The notes beneath the pieces were generated by a model. It ran no database searches and was not told the DNA's origin. It was given only the letters and a program-made list of their open reading frames with translations. Below, one piece after another: positions 48,375 through 58,048 of a stretch of 64,000 nucleotides of DNA. A program made the translations under genes and the position numbers. How positions within the stretch are numbered: position 1 is the stretch's first letter; each line of letters starts with the position of its first letter. The stretch comes from a virus (lineage: Duplodnaviria > Heunggongvirae > Uroviricota > Caudoviricetes): IMG/VR virus record IMGVR_UViG_3300009784_000001, positions 118,418 through 182,417 of that record; one strand, given 5' to 3'.

Positions 48375-49268
48375 TTAATTTATTCTAATATTATTACTTA
48401 ACATTTTGCTATTTATATTTTCTCTAATAGTTCCAACAAGATTTCTATCTTCTGGACTAAGGTTTGGAGTTGATAAGTCTCCATTATGAACATGAGTTAA
48501 AAAAAGAGTCATCATTTGTCCCAAAATATCAACTAATTTTTCTCCATATGGTAAATGATAAGCATTTTCAAGAATATTTCTCATTTCAATATCAGTAATC
48601 ATATCATTTGGATCAGCTACTTTGTGTAACTGTTTAGCTCTATTACTACTAGATATTAAATTTATTTCTTCTGCAACTAATGTTGCACTTGTTTTGTAAT
48701 TAACAGTTTCTCTGAAATCTTCTGGATTTGAAACATTAGGTTGATATTGCCCATTAGGATTATTTTTTAACATTAAATAAGTTGGACTTTCACTAAATAC
48801 TTTCCCATTTGGAGTATCAATATAACTTCCAGCTCTTATCCACATTTCATTGTCTTTATGAATAATATCTGTATTTTTTCTACCCATGAAAGCTATTTCA
48901 TCTTCTTGAGGATATACACCATCTGATCCTCTTACTTGCCTTGGATTTGGATGAGGAGCAAGCATACCTTCATCTAAAAACGATTTTGCATATAATGTAT
49001 CTTCTTTATCAAGTTTATCTAATTGTGGAATAATTGGTCCAACAAAAAATCTATGACTATCATCATAACCTAATACAATAACAAATTCACCAACTTTTGG
49101 TTTAACATACAAATGTTTTGGTAATAATGGAAAAGAAAAAGGTATATTTGTATTATCCAGAGTTCTATCATTAAATGTTCTTGCTTGAATCATATCACCA
49201 CCTTGCTCATGAATTACATTAACAACTTTTGCAACCTCAAATATATGTTTTTTACTATCAACTGCCAT
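48375..49268 (-). CDS. Baseplate hub/spike protein, gp5 OB-fold-like, no lysozyme domain
   Basis: AKVVNV...PLLP...VKPKVGEFVIV; YPQEDEIAFMGRKNTDI; C-terminal LTHVH. Confidence 0.5.
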   Translation of the reverse strand: MAVDSKKHIFEVAKVVNVIHEQGGDMIQARTFNDRTLDNTNIPFSFPLLPKHLYVKPKVGEFVIVLGYDDSHRFFVGPIIPQLDKLDKEDTLYAKSFLDEGMLAPHPNPRQVRGSDGVYPQEDEIAFMGRKNTDIIHKDNEMWIRAGSYIDTPNGKVFSESPTYLMLKNNPNGQYQPNVSNPEDFRETVNYKTSATLVAEEINLISSSNRAKQLHKVADPNDMITDIEMRNILENAYHLPYGEKLVDILGQMMTLFLTHVHNGDLSTPNLSPEDRNLVGTIRENINSKMLSNNIRIN

Positions 49269-49287
49269 TTTATATTACTTTTTAAAT

Positions 49288-49659
49288 TTATTTAAAATTA
49301 TATGGAACATTTTCAATTAATTCTCTATAATCTTGTGTTAATTCTTCATTTTTTTTAATATTTTTAATAGCATATCCTTTCAATCCTGTTTCATCATTTG
49401 ATGTATTGGGCATATATGAATGATTAGTGAAAGTTGTATTATCAAAATACAACATTAGTTTACCATTATGAATTGAAGAAGTATGCCATATATATTCTTT
49501 TTCAACAGGATGAAGTTTTTCAAATTCCGACATTGGTAAAATTTTATCAAATCCTTCAGTAAATTCCCAAATCAATGTTCCATTTTGAATATCTTCGCCA
49601 GCAAATAAACCTAAGTTATCTATATTGGAAGGCGCAACATATGTTTTAACTTTAAGCAT
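49288..49659 (-). CDS. SET-domain methyltransferase
   Basis: S.IDNLGLFA.EDI.NGTLIWEF, FTNHSY.PN, AIKNI.KNEELTQDY. Confidence 0.88.
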   Translation of the reverse strand: MLKVKTYVAPSNIDNLGLFAGEDIQNGTLIWEFTEGFDKILPMSEFEKLHPVEKEYIWHTSSIHNGKLMLYFDNTTFTNHSYMPNTSNDETGLKGYAIKNIKKNEELTQDYRELIENVPYNFK

Positions 49660-49661
49660 AA

Positions 49662-49838
49662 TTATATTCCTCTTTTATTAAGTTCTTTTTCAGAATTATT
49701 ATATTCTTCTTCTAACAAATCTAACTCTGTGAGAATATCTAATCCAACTTGTTTCAATGATTCATAAGAATTAGATATATCTAATTGTTTTAATCTAATT
49801 TCTTCTGAAGTTAAATTTCCCCATTCTATTTTTTCCAT
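49662..49838 (-). CDS. 58-aa coiled-coil protein (not in ORF track)
   Basis: MEKIEWGNLTSEEIRLKQLDISNSYESLKQ...ELNKRGI; fills the gap exactly. Confidence 0.6.
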   Translation of the reverse strand: MEKIEWGNLTSEEIRLKQLDISNSYESLKQVGLDILTELDLLEEEYNNSEKELNKRGI

Positions 49839-49858
49839 TATAGTTTAATATATCTATA

Positions 49859-50263
49859 TTATTGTATAACTGCTGTTCCACTGGATGGCATTATATTAGT
49901 TCCTTGTGATACAACAGGTCCCCCTGCATTAGCCCCATTACTTACAATTGATAAAGAAGCTATTGGCATAGAAACATCTACTTTAGCTTCAAGACAAAGA
50001 GCATCAACTAATTTATCAACTACTAATGCTGTATATCCTTCCATTACATTTTGTGAACCATCAGGAGCAGGTCCATTTTTTAAACCTATTTGTGAAAAAG
50101 AAGAAATAATTCGTGAAGTTATTATTTCTTTATTTAATCCTGGTCTAAGTTCTCCACCTATAGATAACAATTGTGGAGGAATTTTTGGAGCGCCAGGGAT
50201 TACTATTTTGAAAACATTAGCTAATTTTTCCGCTATTGACTGGACTGAATTTTTACAAGCCAT
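49859..50263 (-). CDS. Hypothetical protein, possibly baseplate-associated
   Basis: 134 aa; C-terminal GANAGGPVVSQG; neighbours the gp5-like gene. Confidence 0.55.
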   Translation of the reverse strand: MACKNSVQSIAEKLANVFKIVIPGAPKIPPQLLSIGGELRPGLNKEIITSRIISSFSQIGLKNGPAPDGSQNVMEGYTALVVDKLVDALCLEAKVDVSMPIASLSIVSNGANAGGPVVSQGTNIMPSSGTAVIQ

Positions 50264-50275
50264 ATTTTATATTTT

Positions 50276-51742
50276 TTAAACATTTATTGAATAAACTTGA
50301 ACTGGAATTGAAGGTACTAAACTTTGTAAAATGCTCATATATTTTTTCATTTGTTCTTTTACTGCAAGGGCTCCCATTTGTAAAGCTAAATCTCCTGCCA
50401 TACTAACAATTGTATCCATTAATTTATCCATTATTACATCCTTAATTCCACCTACAATGTTTGAAACTAGATTAATATTATTTTTAATAAATGAAATTGG
50501 ATCATAATCAACATCAATACCCAATAATTTAAGATTTATAATTAATAATAAATAAACTTTTGGTGTCATTATTGACATGGTTAATAGAGAAGATAATTCT
50601 GTAATTAATGATTTTATAATATTAACTCTAAAATTAAATTTATCGGCTGTACTTGCTTGAGGATTACTTTGTAAAGCATTATTTATAAGTGAATCAATAG
50701 CATTAGAAAAAATATCTTGTTGTTGAACTAAATCAGAAGTTTGATTAAGCCCATTTAAAGCATTGAGAATATCCTGACTAGTTATATTAACTGTTATATT
50801 TTCATCTTTTGAATACTGAAAATCTCCACTTTTTTTTAATTCAGCTTCTCGTAACATTGCATTATAAGTAGTGTTATCAAAAGTAAAATAACTGTCATCT
50901 ATAGTTTCATTAACAGTACAATTAGCTAAATTATCAATAATTGCATTTAATTGTCCTTCAAGAAATATTTCATCTTGTGTTCTATTGATAGAAGCATCTA
51001 ATGAGCCAAATACTTTACCAAATACTTGCGCAATAAGTTGTTGTTTATCAAATAACTGAACACTATCTATAAAATCCGAGTTAAAATCAGTTAATTTTTT
51101 TGCATAATCAGGATATATTTTAAAATTAATAGTATTATCTTCTATTATTTCTCCTGTACAAACAGTTCCACTACTATGTTCTATAAAATCAATAACTGCT
51201 AAATTAGGGGTTTGATTTGGATTTGGGATTGGTCTCCAAACACATCCACCATTACATCCCTGATTAACAACATACCATAAAAAAACATTAAAATCATTTG
51301 AATTTATGAAATTATCGGAAGGAGGGTTTACATCAAAATAGAAATTAGCTGCATCAGGATCTAATGGAGATTTTCTCATTAAATTAAACATATCTATTGT
51401 CCTTAATGGAATAAATACACCACAAGTTTTCATATCTGACATAATAGAAGGGTTAATATTACAAGCAATATTTTCTTTTATTTGAACCTTTAATATTTCT
51501 TTAATAGCAAGTTCAACATAATCTATATATTGTATCATAATATTAGAAATTACATTTTTCAAATCATCTATTGAGCCTAAAACTGAAAATAAATCAACAA
51601 CAAAATCAAGTTGATTAGTTGATGTATTAATAGAAGGTAACAAACTACTAATATCAAATTTTGGATAATCATTTAATAATGTTTTAAAAGCTGATATAGT
51701 TCCAAAAACATCAGATTTTTGTTGTTGCAAATTTGCCATCAA
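50276..51742 (-). CDS. Hypothetical large protein, possibly baseplate/tail-associated
   Basis: 488 aa in the late-type operon starting at 52146. Confidence 0.55.
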   Translation of the reverse strand: MMANLQQQKSDVFGTISAFKTLLNDYPKFDISSLLPSINTSTNQLDFVVDLFSVLGSIDDLKNVISNIMIQYIDYVELAIKEILKVQIKENIACNINPSIMSDMKTCGVFIPLRTIDMFNLMRKSPLDPDAANFYFDVNPPSDNFINSNDFNVFLWYVVNQGCNGGCVWRPIPNPNQTPNLAVIDFIEHSSGTVCTGEIIEDNTINFKIYPDYAKKLTDFNSDFIDSVQLFDKQQLIAQVFGKVFGSLDASINRTQDEIFLEGQLNAIIDNLANCTVNETIDDSYFTFDNTTYNAMLREAELKKSGDFQYSKDENITVNITSQDILNALNGLNQTSDLVQQQDIFSNAIDSLINNALQSNPQASTADKFNFRVNIIKSLITELSSLLTMSIMTPKVYLLLIINLKLLGIDVDYDPISFIKNNINLVSNIVGGIKDVIMDKLMDTIVSMAGDLALQMGALAVKEQMKKYMSILQSLVPSIPVQVYSINV

Positions 51743-52146
51743 GTTCTAATTTGATAAATTATTTCTTCTTTTTCTTCATTGTTTTGAGATAATGACTTTT
51801 GTAATGACTTTAAATCAAAAGACTCTATATTATTAGTATTTTTATTCATACTATTAAGCGCATCTTTCTCATTTCCACTATATTTTAATACTTCTGATAA
51901 AAGTTTGGATATATCCATTTTTAATCTTAAAGCATTATTTTTGTCTGTAATATATGCGTGAATACTTTTAGCATAATCAGCCTTTTCTTCCATAATCGAA
52001 GAAGACAAATCAGTAGAATTTGATAGTTTATTCATTTCTGTTTGAATTTGTAACAACAACATTACACTTTCATTATATAATTCATTTAGGATATCACTTA
52101 AATTATTTTTATCGTTAAGAATTATTTTGAATTTTTTCTGTGCCAT
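51739..52146 (-). CDS. Hypothetical helical protein
   Basis: 135 aa; TATTTAT motif on minus strand at 52163-52169. Confidence 0.6.
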   Translation of the reverse strand: MAQKKFKIILNDKNNLSDILNELYNESVMLLLQIQTEMNKLSNSTDLSSSIMEEKADYAKSIHAYITDKNNALRLKMDISKLLSEVLKYSGNEKDALNSMNKNTNNIESFDLKSLQKSLSQNNEEKEEIIYQIRT

Positions 52147-52171
52147 ATCATATTTTTTTCAAATAAATAAT

Positions 52172-53026
52172 TTATAAGATACTTTTTTTTGTTGATAAAT
52201 AAATATTTTTATACTTTTTCATACTATCCCTTATTTCTTTATCATTTAAAAAAGTTGTTTCTTGTAAAAAAAATAAAATTGAACTTTTATTGAATTTTTG
52301 ACTTCCCATATGAGAAAATAAGGTATCCCAATTAGTTAACATATCAACTAAAGCATAACCAACTTTCATTTCATTTTTATTTAATTTAATATTTGAAGTA
52401 TTATTCAATATTTTATTAATATTTTCTATTGTTGCATTTATTAATTGATTAGCAACAGGTAATTCATCTATTGAATAAGTATAACTTTCATCATTATTTA
52501 ATTCATAAGAAACAATATCATAAGATGTAGTTCGTTCAAGTTTTTTTTGAAATTTAAGTGTTTTTAATCTCAAATAATTTTTAATTATCGTTTGATAATA
52601 TGAATAAGCTGTAACTTCTCTATCAGAATACTTTTTAGATTTCATTCCAGGTGTAAATTTATCAAATTTGGTTAAAAGAAATGAATAAGTATCATTTATA
52701 ATTTCTTCTGCATCTTCTTCAAAAGGATATTTAGCTTCTTGACCATCATAATATCTTCTATATATCGTACAAACCATATCATAGATTGGTTGATATAAAT
52801 ATTGATTGAAGATTTTATCCTTTTCTATTTTATCTTCAGTTTTTATATAATTTAATATATTATTCTCTACTGGACGAAAATAATCACCTCTTGCACCTTT
52901 TTTAACTCCTCCTATTTTAGGAGGTCTTCCTCTTTTTTTTGGAACTTCCACTATTTTAATATCTGGTGGAAAGTTGGAAATCATATCTTCATACGAAACA
53001 TTTTCTTTTTTAATATCTTCTGACAT
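52172..53026 (-). CDS. Putative phage late sigma factor (gp55-like region 2) with N-terminal AT-hook
   Basis: IINDTYSFLLTKFDKFTP...AYSYYQTIIKNYL resembles sigma region 2.3-2.4 of T4-like gp55 proteins; KKRGRPPK. Confidence 0.45.
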   Translation of the reverse strand: MSEDIKKENVSYEDMISNFPPDIKIVEVPKKRGRPPKIGGVKKGARGDYFRPVENNILNYIKTEDKIEKDKIFNQYLYQPIYDMVCTIYRRYYDGQEAKYPFEEDAEEIINDTYSFLLTKFDKFTPGMKSKKYSDREVTAYSYYQTIIKNYLRLKTLKFQKKLERTTSYDIVSYELNNDESYTYSIDELPVANQLINATIENINKILNNTSNIKLNKNEMKVGYALVDMLTNWDTLFSHMGSQKFNKSSILFFLQETTFLNDKEIRDSMKKYKNIYLSTKKSIL

Positions 53027-53146
53027 TTAATAAAATTTATCATTTATTTTTTTTGTCAGATATTTACTCTACATCATTTATATATGTACTATCACTTTTT
53101 TAATATTAAATATTCTTACTCAATTAAATATCTTTTGTTTAATATA

Positions 53147-53929
53147 TTACTTTTTAATATAAGTTTTGTTTCTATCTTCTTTATACCAATATTCTTTGGA
53201 ACATAAATCATAATAAAATTTTGCTTCATCAGCTTCCATTTCTTGTTTAAAAAGAATATGGTTATATAGAGATTTGGGAATTACATAAGCAGTTTTCTTT
53301 TGATTACAAAAACGTAACATAAATTCATACCAATAATATAATTTAATGCTTGGTTTTAAACTGCCCAGTTCAATGAAATCTTGTGTATTAATTATTCCTC
53401 CAGAAATATTCATATCCCACAGAACTTTTAAAGCATCTTCCGTTATAAAACCTAAATCATTAGAAGTAAATCCTTGTGCCCAATATTGTTCATTATAAAA
53501 TCTTAAAAAATCACCTGGTTCATTATATACATTTACAATTGGTAAATACATAGATATTTCTTTGTTCAAATTAATATGCTTTTCTACATTTTCAAGCCAT
53601 GTTTTTCCATAATAATCAGTATATTCTAATATAGAAAAGTACTTTGTATCTACTTCTTTTACTATTTGATTAATTTGTTCACAAAAATCAGTTTTTTCAG
53701 TTGGATAACAAATTGGTGTATCTATGCCTAAAGTTTTTAATTCTTCAAATGTTTTTTTAGAATATGGTATAAAATCATTTTCTATTATGGAAGATACAAC
53801 AAATATTACTTTAGAAGGTTTGACTGTACTTAATGCAATACTGTCAACTGCCCTATCTAGATAATCTTTTACTTCTTCACTCCATTTGTTTAATGGTATT
53901 ATAATTGTTAAATCTAAATTTTTATCCAT
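53147..53929 (-). CDS. Glycosyltransferase family 2-like
   Basis: LTIIIPL...LDRAVDSI...YFSILEYTD (degenerate DxD), GGIINT.DF..LG.LK. Confidence 0.7.
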   Translation of the reverse strand: MDKNLDLTIIIPLNKWSEEVKDYLDRAVDSIALSTVKPSKVIFVVSSIIENDFIPYSKKTFEELKTLGIDTPICYPTEKTDFCEQINQIVKEVDTKYFSILEYTDYYGKTWLENVEKHINLNKEISMYLPIVNVYNEPGDFLRFYNEQYWAQGFTSNDLGFITEDALKVLWDMNISGGIINTQDFIELGSLKPSIKLYYWYEFMLRFCNQKKTAYVIPKSLYNHILFKQEMEADEAKFYYDLCSKEYWYKEDRNKTYIKK

Positions 53930-53952
53930 TTGTATAATTTATATTTTAATTA

Positions 53953-54867
53953 TTAAAAAAGGGAGTAAGGCATTTGCCATACATGATTAATTCTTTCTTC
54001 AATATTTGTATTCCCATTTATATTTAATGCAAACAAACTGGTTAAAATAGCGCAAAATTCAGCTTCTTTATCAACATTTCCTTTATTATTCAATGTTTCT
54101 ACTATTTCAATTGCTTTCCATAATTTATTTCCATATTTTGTGAAAAATTGAATTAAGTCGAAAGAAGCATACCCTGTTCTTACTGGGTCAAATACTTTTT
54201 CTTCATTATCATCCACATAATATTGTCTATATTCTTTTGTTAACTCATCAACTTCATTCCAAAATTCGGTGTTTGAGTTGCGAAGTCTTGCTGTTATTGG
54301 AAAAACAATTGTTTGGAAATTAAGTTTCTTTTCTAATTCAATAAAATCAAATAAGAATAACAATGTTTTTGCCATATCTTCATATCTGTTAGCTAGAATC
54401 ATTTTATCTGTTTCGATACTTTCTTTGTTTCCAAAAAAATGTTCAGGTAAAAAAGATAAATTTTCCCAACGTTCTAATATTTGTTCTAGTGTTGGATTTA
54501 ATTCCCATTGAAATTGTTCACCTTTTAATACATCCACAACAAGACAAAATAATTTATCTTTCTTTTGTTGAAAATCTGGTAATTCTTCAAATGGTACTAA
54601 ACATGGATGAGTTTTCTTTTCACCATCTTTTTCTTCACCATATACCCAACCTTGTTCTAATTTATCTTTCATCCATGTATCATGTGATGCAGAATCTTTT
54701 GCATTTGGATTATCTAACCTAAATTTTACGCCAGTAATCGCAGCTTCTCTTTGCCATTCTTCTGCTTCTTCCCATGATTTTTGCGAAAAATCATCATTTA
54801 TTTCACACCATTTTTTATTAACCTCATGGCATAATCTTGCTATTTTTTCAATTTGTTCTGTATTCAT
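53953..54867 (-). CDS. RyR-domain protein fused to a truncated major-capsid-protein paralog
   Basis: N-terminal HDTWMKDKLEQGWVYG.EKD...KTHPCLVPFEELP (RyR); C-terminal ILERWENLSF / FQTIVFPITARL / NVDKEAEFCAIL match gp23 segments; ATG 54867 preferred. Confidence 0.75.
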   Translation of the reverse strand: MNTEQIEKIARLCHEVNKKWCEINDDFSQKSWEEAEEWQREAAITGVKFRLDNPNAKDSASHDTWMKDKLEQGWVYGEEKDGEKKTHPCLVPFEELPDFQQKKDKLFCLVVDVLKGEQFQWELNPTLEQILERWENLSFLPEHFFGNKESIETDKMILANRYEDMAKTLLFLFDFIELEKKLNFQTIVFPITARLRNSNTEFWNEVDELTKEYRQYYVDDNEEKVFDPVRTGYASFDLIQFFTKYGNKLWKAIEIVETLNNKGNVDKEAEFCAILTSLFALNINGNTNIEERINHVWQMPYSLF

Positions 54868-54890
54868 ATTATTTTTTACTTTATTATTTA

Positions 54891-55148
54891 TTAACATCGG
54901 AGAGTACATGGGAAAACATGTTCAAAAGATAATAAATTCCAATCTATTTCAGAATCATCACAACCTGATTTATTTGAAACCTTAGCCCATTTTAATGAAT
55001 TTGGAATTTTTCCAAATGGAGTATCTTCACCATTTATAAAAACACCACAATCTTCTCCTTCATATCCCTGTAAATCAGCTAATGAGATTGTTACACTTTC
55101 ACCTGTTTTTGTGTTTGTAACTCTAAACATAAAATCTTTTGCTATCAT
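54891..55148 (-). CDS. Hypothetical protein
   Basis: 85-aa ORF in operon. Confidence 0.5.
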   Translation of the reverse strand: MIAKDFMFRVTNTKTGESVTISLADLQGYEGEDCGVFINGEDTPFGKIPNSLKWAKVSNKSGCDDSEIDWNLLSFEHVFPCTLRC

Positions 55149-56287
55149 TATTCATTGTTTAATTTTTTATTTTCTAAATCTTTTTCAAACAATTTTATAG
55201 TTTGATTTATTTCACTTCTTCTTTCTTCAATATATTCTTCAAATACTTTTTTAACTTGTTCTTTTTGTTGTTCCCTTGTAAATTTATCTTTAAACAATAA
55301 CATAGAATTAGTTAATTTTTCAGGAACATTATCGTTCATCCATGCTTGAATAACACTTGCAATAACACGAGGCACATCAATCATTTTATCTACCCATATA
55401 ACAGCATTAGTTAAAGTTTCTCCATCTTTTTCTAATGCCCAGTCAGGCATAATCTCAGGCATTTTAGCAATTACAATTGTATTAGATTTAATAGCTTCAA
55501 TAGGACTATATCCAAAATTTGTATCATTATCAATCCATACTAAAATTGCTGAATTTCTTATTTCTTCTGCATAAGTTTCTTGTGGCAAAGAACGTAAATC
55601 TTTGAATGTTAAAAATTTATATAATGGATATTTTAAATAAAACGGCTTTACAATTCTATTAATATAAGATTGATCTTTGGAAGCAATAGCCACAAGTAAT
55701 TCTTTTTCTCCTATTCCTTTATAAAAATAAGAAGCAATACTTGGCTCTATTATTTTTGTTTTAATATAAGGAAATACATCTTTTAATAATAATTCTTGTC
55801 CTTTTGAAGTTGTAATAACATCCAGTATTCCATATTTCCCAAATTCACTCCCAATAGGTAAAAATTCATATAAATAATTATATTGTTGGCATAATACAAT
55901 TCTTTTACAAGGCAATTTAGAAGTTTGAGATTGTACATTACTAAATAATTCAGGAATAATTAAAATATCACTTACATTAATAGAAACTTTATCTTTTTCA
56001 ATATTGGCATGTGGTAATTTGCCATATTTTTCACCCATCCATTCACTAACCCCTTGAAATTCATTATCACTATGAAGCATTAAAATTTCGTATCCTATTT
56101 CCTGTAACATGAAAGCCATAACATATATATTTGCCAATGATCCATTTGGATTTCCTTTACTATCAAGTACATAAAACATTATTTTGAATTGATTATTTTC
56201 TATTTTTTCTAATTCAATTTGTAATCGTTCTATTGGTTTTAATTTAATTTCTTCTTTTACTTCTATATTTTCATTTTTTTTACTCAT
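55148..56287 (-). CDS. Glycosyltransferase, GT-B fold (GT4-like)
   Basis: DILIIPELF, KRIVLCQ, AEEIRNSAILVWID..TNFGYSPIEAIKSNTIVI. Confidence 0.75.
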   Translation of the reverse strand: MSKKNENIEVKEEIKLKPIERLQIELEKIENNQFKIMFYVLDSKGNPNGSLANIYVMAFMLQEIGYEILMLHSDNEFQGVSEWMGEKYGKLPHANIEKDKVSINVSDILIIPELFSNVQSQTSKLPCKRIVLCQQYNYLYEFLPIGSEFGKYGILDVITTSKGQELLLKDVFPYIKTKIIEPSIASYFYKGIGEKELLVAIASKDQSYINRIVKPFYLKYPLYKFLTFKDLRSLPQETYAEEIRNSAILVWIDNDTNFGYSPIEAIKSNTIVIAKMPEIMPDWALEKDGETLTNAVIWVDKMIDVPRVIASVIQAWMNDNVPEKLTNSMLLFKDKFTREQQKEQVKKVFEEYIEERRSEINQTIKLFEKDLENKKLNNE

Positions 56288-56304
56288 AATTACTTTTTTT
56301 TGTT

Positions 56305-56691
56305 TTATTTAATTTCAATTAAAAATCCCATTACTAACATAGTATTCCACACAATTGATTCACCAATTGTAATATCATCCAAGTCAGTATTTTTATTTAA
56401 TTTACCATTTTCTTCTTGTTTTTCACCCATAGTAAATAATATTTCAAACATTCCTCTAAAAAAATCGTATCTTAAATTATCACTTCCTTTTAATGCTCCA
56501 GCTTGAGTCTTGTGTTCATCTATCTGTTTTTGAATTAATTTAAGATTATCATCAAATCCTGCCTTATACATTTCAGTAACAGAAATTTCAGACATTTTTT
56601 CGTTGCTAGTTTGGGAACAATATTCAATGATTTTTTCTACATTAAGAACATATTTTTTACCATTCTCTAATTCTATATAATTTCCAGTCAT
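56305..56691 (-). CDS. Hypothetical protein
   Basis: 128-aa ORF, stop-start coupled. Confidence 0.6.
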   Translation of the reverse strand: MTGNYIELENGKKYVLNVEKIIEYCSQTSNEKMSEISVTEMYKAGFDDNLKLIQKQIDEHKTQAGALKGSDNLRYDFFRGMFEILFTMGEKQEENGKLNKNTDLDDITIGESIVWNTMLVMGFLIEIK

Positions 56692-57434
56692 TACATTTTA
56701 CCTTGAAAATTTATTGAAAATCCAAATATGTCATTATTTCCATAATTTAATGGTGGAATATTTAGAGAGGTGCTATACATTTCATTTACATATTCATGTT
56801 TAACTTTAATTATTTCTATTGTTTCTCCTTTTTCATCTAATAAACTAAGTGTATAATCAAAAGAATAACCTAATTTTACTGCATTTTTAATAATGTTAAA
56901 AACAGAAGAATATTTAGAATTTTCTAAAACTAAATCTCTAAAAAATATTTCAGTATAAGTATAACTTTCATCATAATTTATTATTCTTGGCAATAAAACA
57001 GATTGAATTACCATTGGTTCTAATAAATTATTTAATTCTTTATTTTCAAATTTTAATATAAATCTAGTATTTCTTAATACTTTTTTAATATTAATTTCTG
57101 GATTTATTTTTATTTTAGATTCATAGGAAATTTCAGCTTTATCTTTGAAATAATCAACATAACATTTTTCTTCATATACATCAAGTTTATTTTCTTTTTT
57201 ATATTTTAACAAATCACATTCCATTTGCAACAATTTTTCATATTTTTCTTCTTGCTCTTGATTTTTTGGATCAATTATTCTTTGGTATGGAAGCTCTAAT
57301 TCTTTTTCATTATTTTCTATTTCATTAATTATATTACCAGTAATTGTTTTAATAAAATTTTCATTATTTATCAATTGTAATATTGATTCAGTTACACTCT
57401 TAGCAACTATAACATTTAAATTTTCTTTTTTCAT
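56691..57434 (-). CDS. Hypothetical protein
   Basis: 247-aa ORF, stop-start coupled. Confidence 0.55.
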   Translation of the reverse strand: MKKENLNVIVAKSVTESILQLINNENFIKTITGNIINEIENNEKELELPYQRIIDPKNQEQEEKYEKLLQMECDLLKYKKENKLDVYEEKCYVDYFKDKAEISYESKIKINPEINIKKVLRNTRFILKFENKELNNLLEPMVIQSVLLPRIINYDESYTYTEIFFRDLVLENSKYSSVFNIIKNAVKLGYSFDYTLSLLDEKGETIEIIKVKHEYVNEMYSTSLNIPPLNYGNNDIFGFSINFQGKM

Positions 57435-57448
57435 AATATATATTTTTT

Positions 57449-58048
57449 TTATTCTTCTAATTTTAATAATTTAATCCACACTTCTTTATCGCTCAAAAAT
57501 TCAGTTAACTTATTATAAGTATAATTAGCATTACAATTTTCATTATATTTTGTATTAATTTTAATTACAATTTTATTTTCTGGTTTTGTATTTAAAATAA
57601 TAGGATTTGCTGTTATTACTATATCATTATTATCCCATATTTCTTTGCTAGAAGTTGGAAATGTAATTTCTCTAACTCTACTTGCACTTTTTGATAAAAA
57701 ATACAAAGTAGATTGAATAGCTAAATTATATTCATTTGGAGCAACAAAAGAAACTTTTGGTTGTTCTCCTTCAAATTCTTGTAAATTATTCAACCATATA
57801 TTGAATAAAGGAGAAGTATTTTCTTCCATTGTTTTATTACATCCAAATAATTCATAAGGATAATCAACAAACATAAATTCATTTAATTCTTCTTTATTAT
57901 CAAATTCAAATGCACCGAGTACTGATTCATCTGGATAAATTAAATTATCTATGTCTAATGCGCCATCCTTTTCTTTTTTATAGTAAGTTGCAAACTGATG
58001 TGTAAAATTTCTATAAACATCATTTAAATCTATTGCTAATTTAATCAT
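57449..58048 (-). CDS. HAD-like 5'(3')-nucleotidase homolog, degenerate motif I
   Basis: LAIDLNDVYRNF; STLYFLSK; IKINTKYN. Confidence 0.55.
   Translation of the reverse strand: MIKLAIDLNDVYRNFTHQFATYYKKEKDGALDIDNLIYPDESVLGAFEFDNKEELNEFMFVDYPYELFGCNKTMEENTSPLFNIWLNNLQEFEGEQPKVSFVAPNEYNLAIQSTLYFLSKSASRVREITFPTSSKEIWDNNDIVITANPIILNTKPENKIVIKINTKYNENCNANYTYNKLTEFLSDKEVWIKLLKLEE

Larger units (their letters stand above)
2576..52169. promoter_or_regulatory. Recurring TATTTAT element, candidate phage late promoter
   Basis: Starts 21-42 nt before the ATG of 19 genes: plus strand 2576, 3819, 10400, 12587, 14966, 17291, 24773, 26867, 28891, 31536, 32739, 34195, 36298, 38648; minus strand 37909, 38613, 47178, 48293, 52169. 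Confidence 0.6.

Noticed and set aside
53953-54867. Eukaryotic ryanodine-receptor gene transfer
   Set aside because: Short stand-alone RyR domains are common in phages and bacteria; only the fusion partner is unusual
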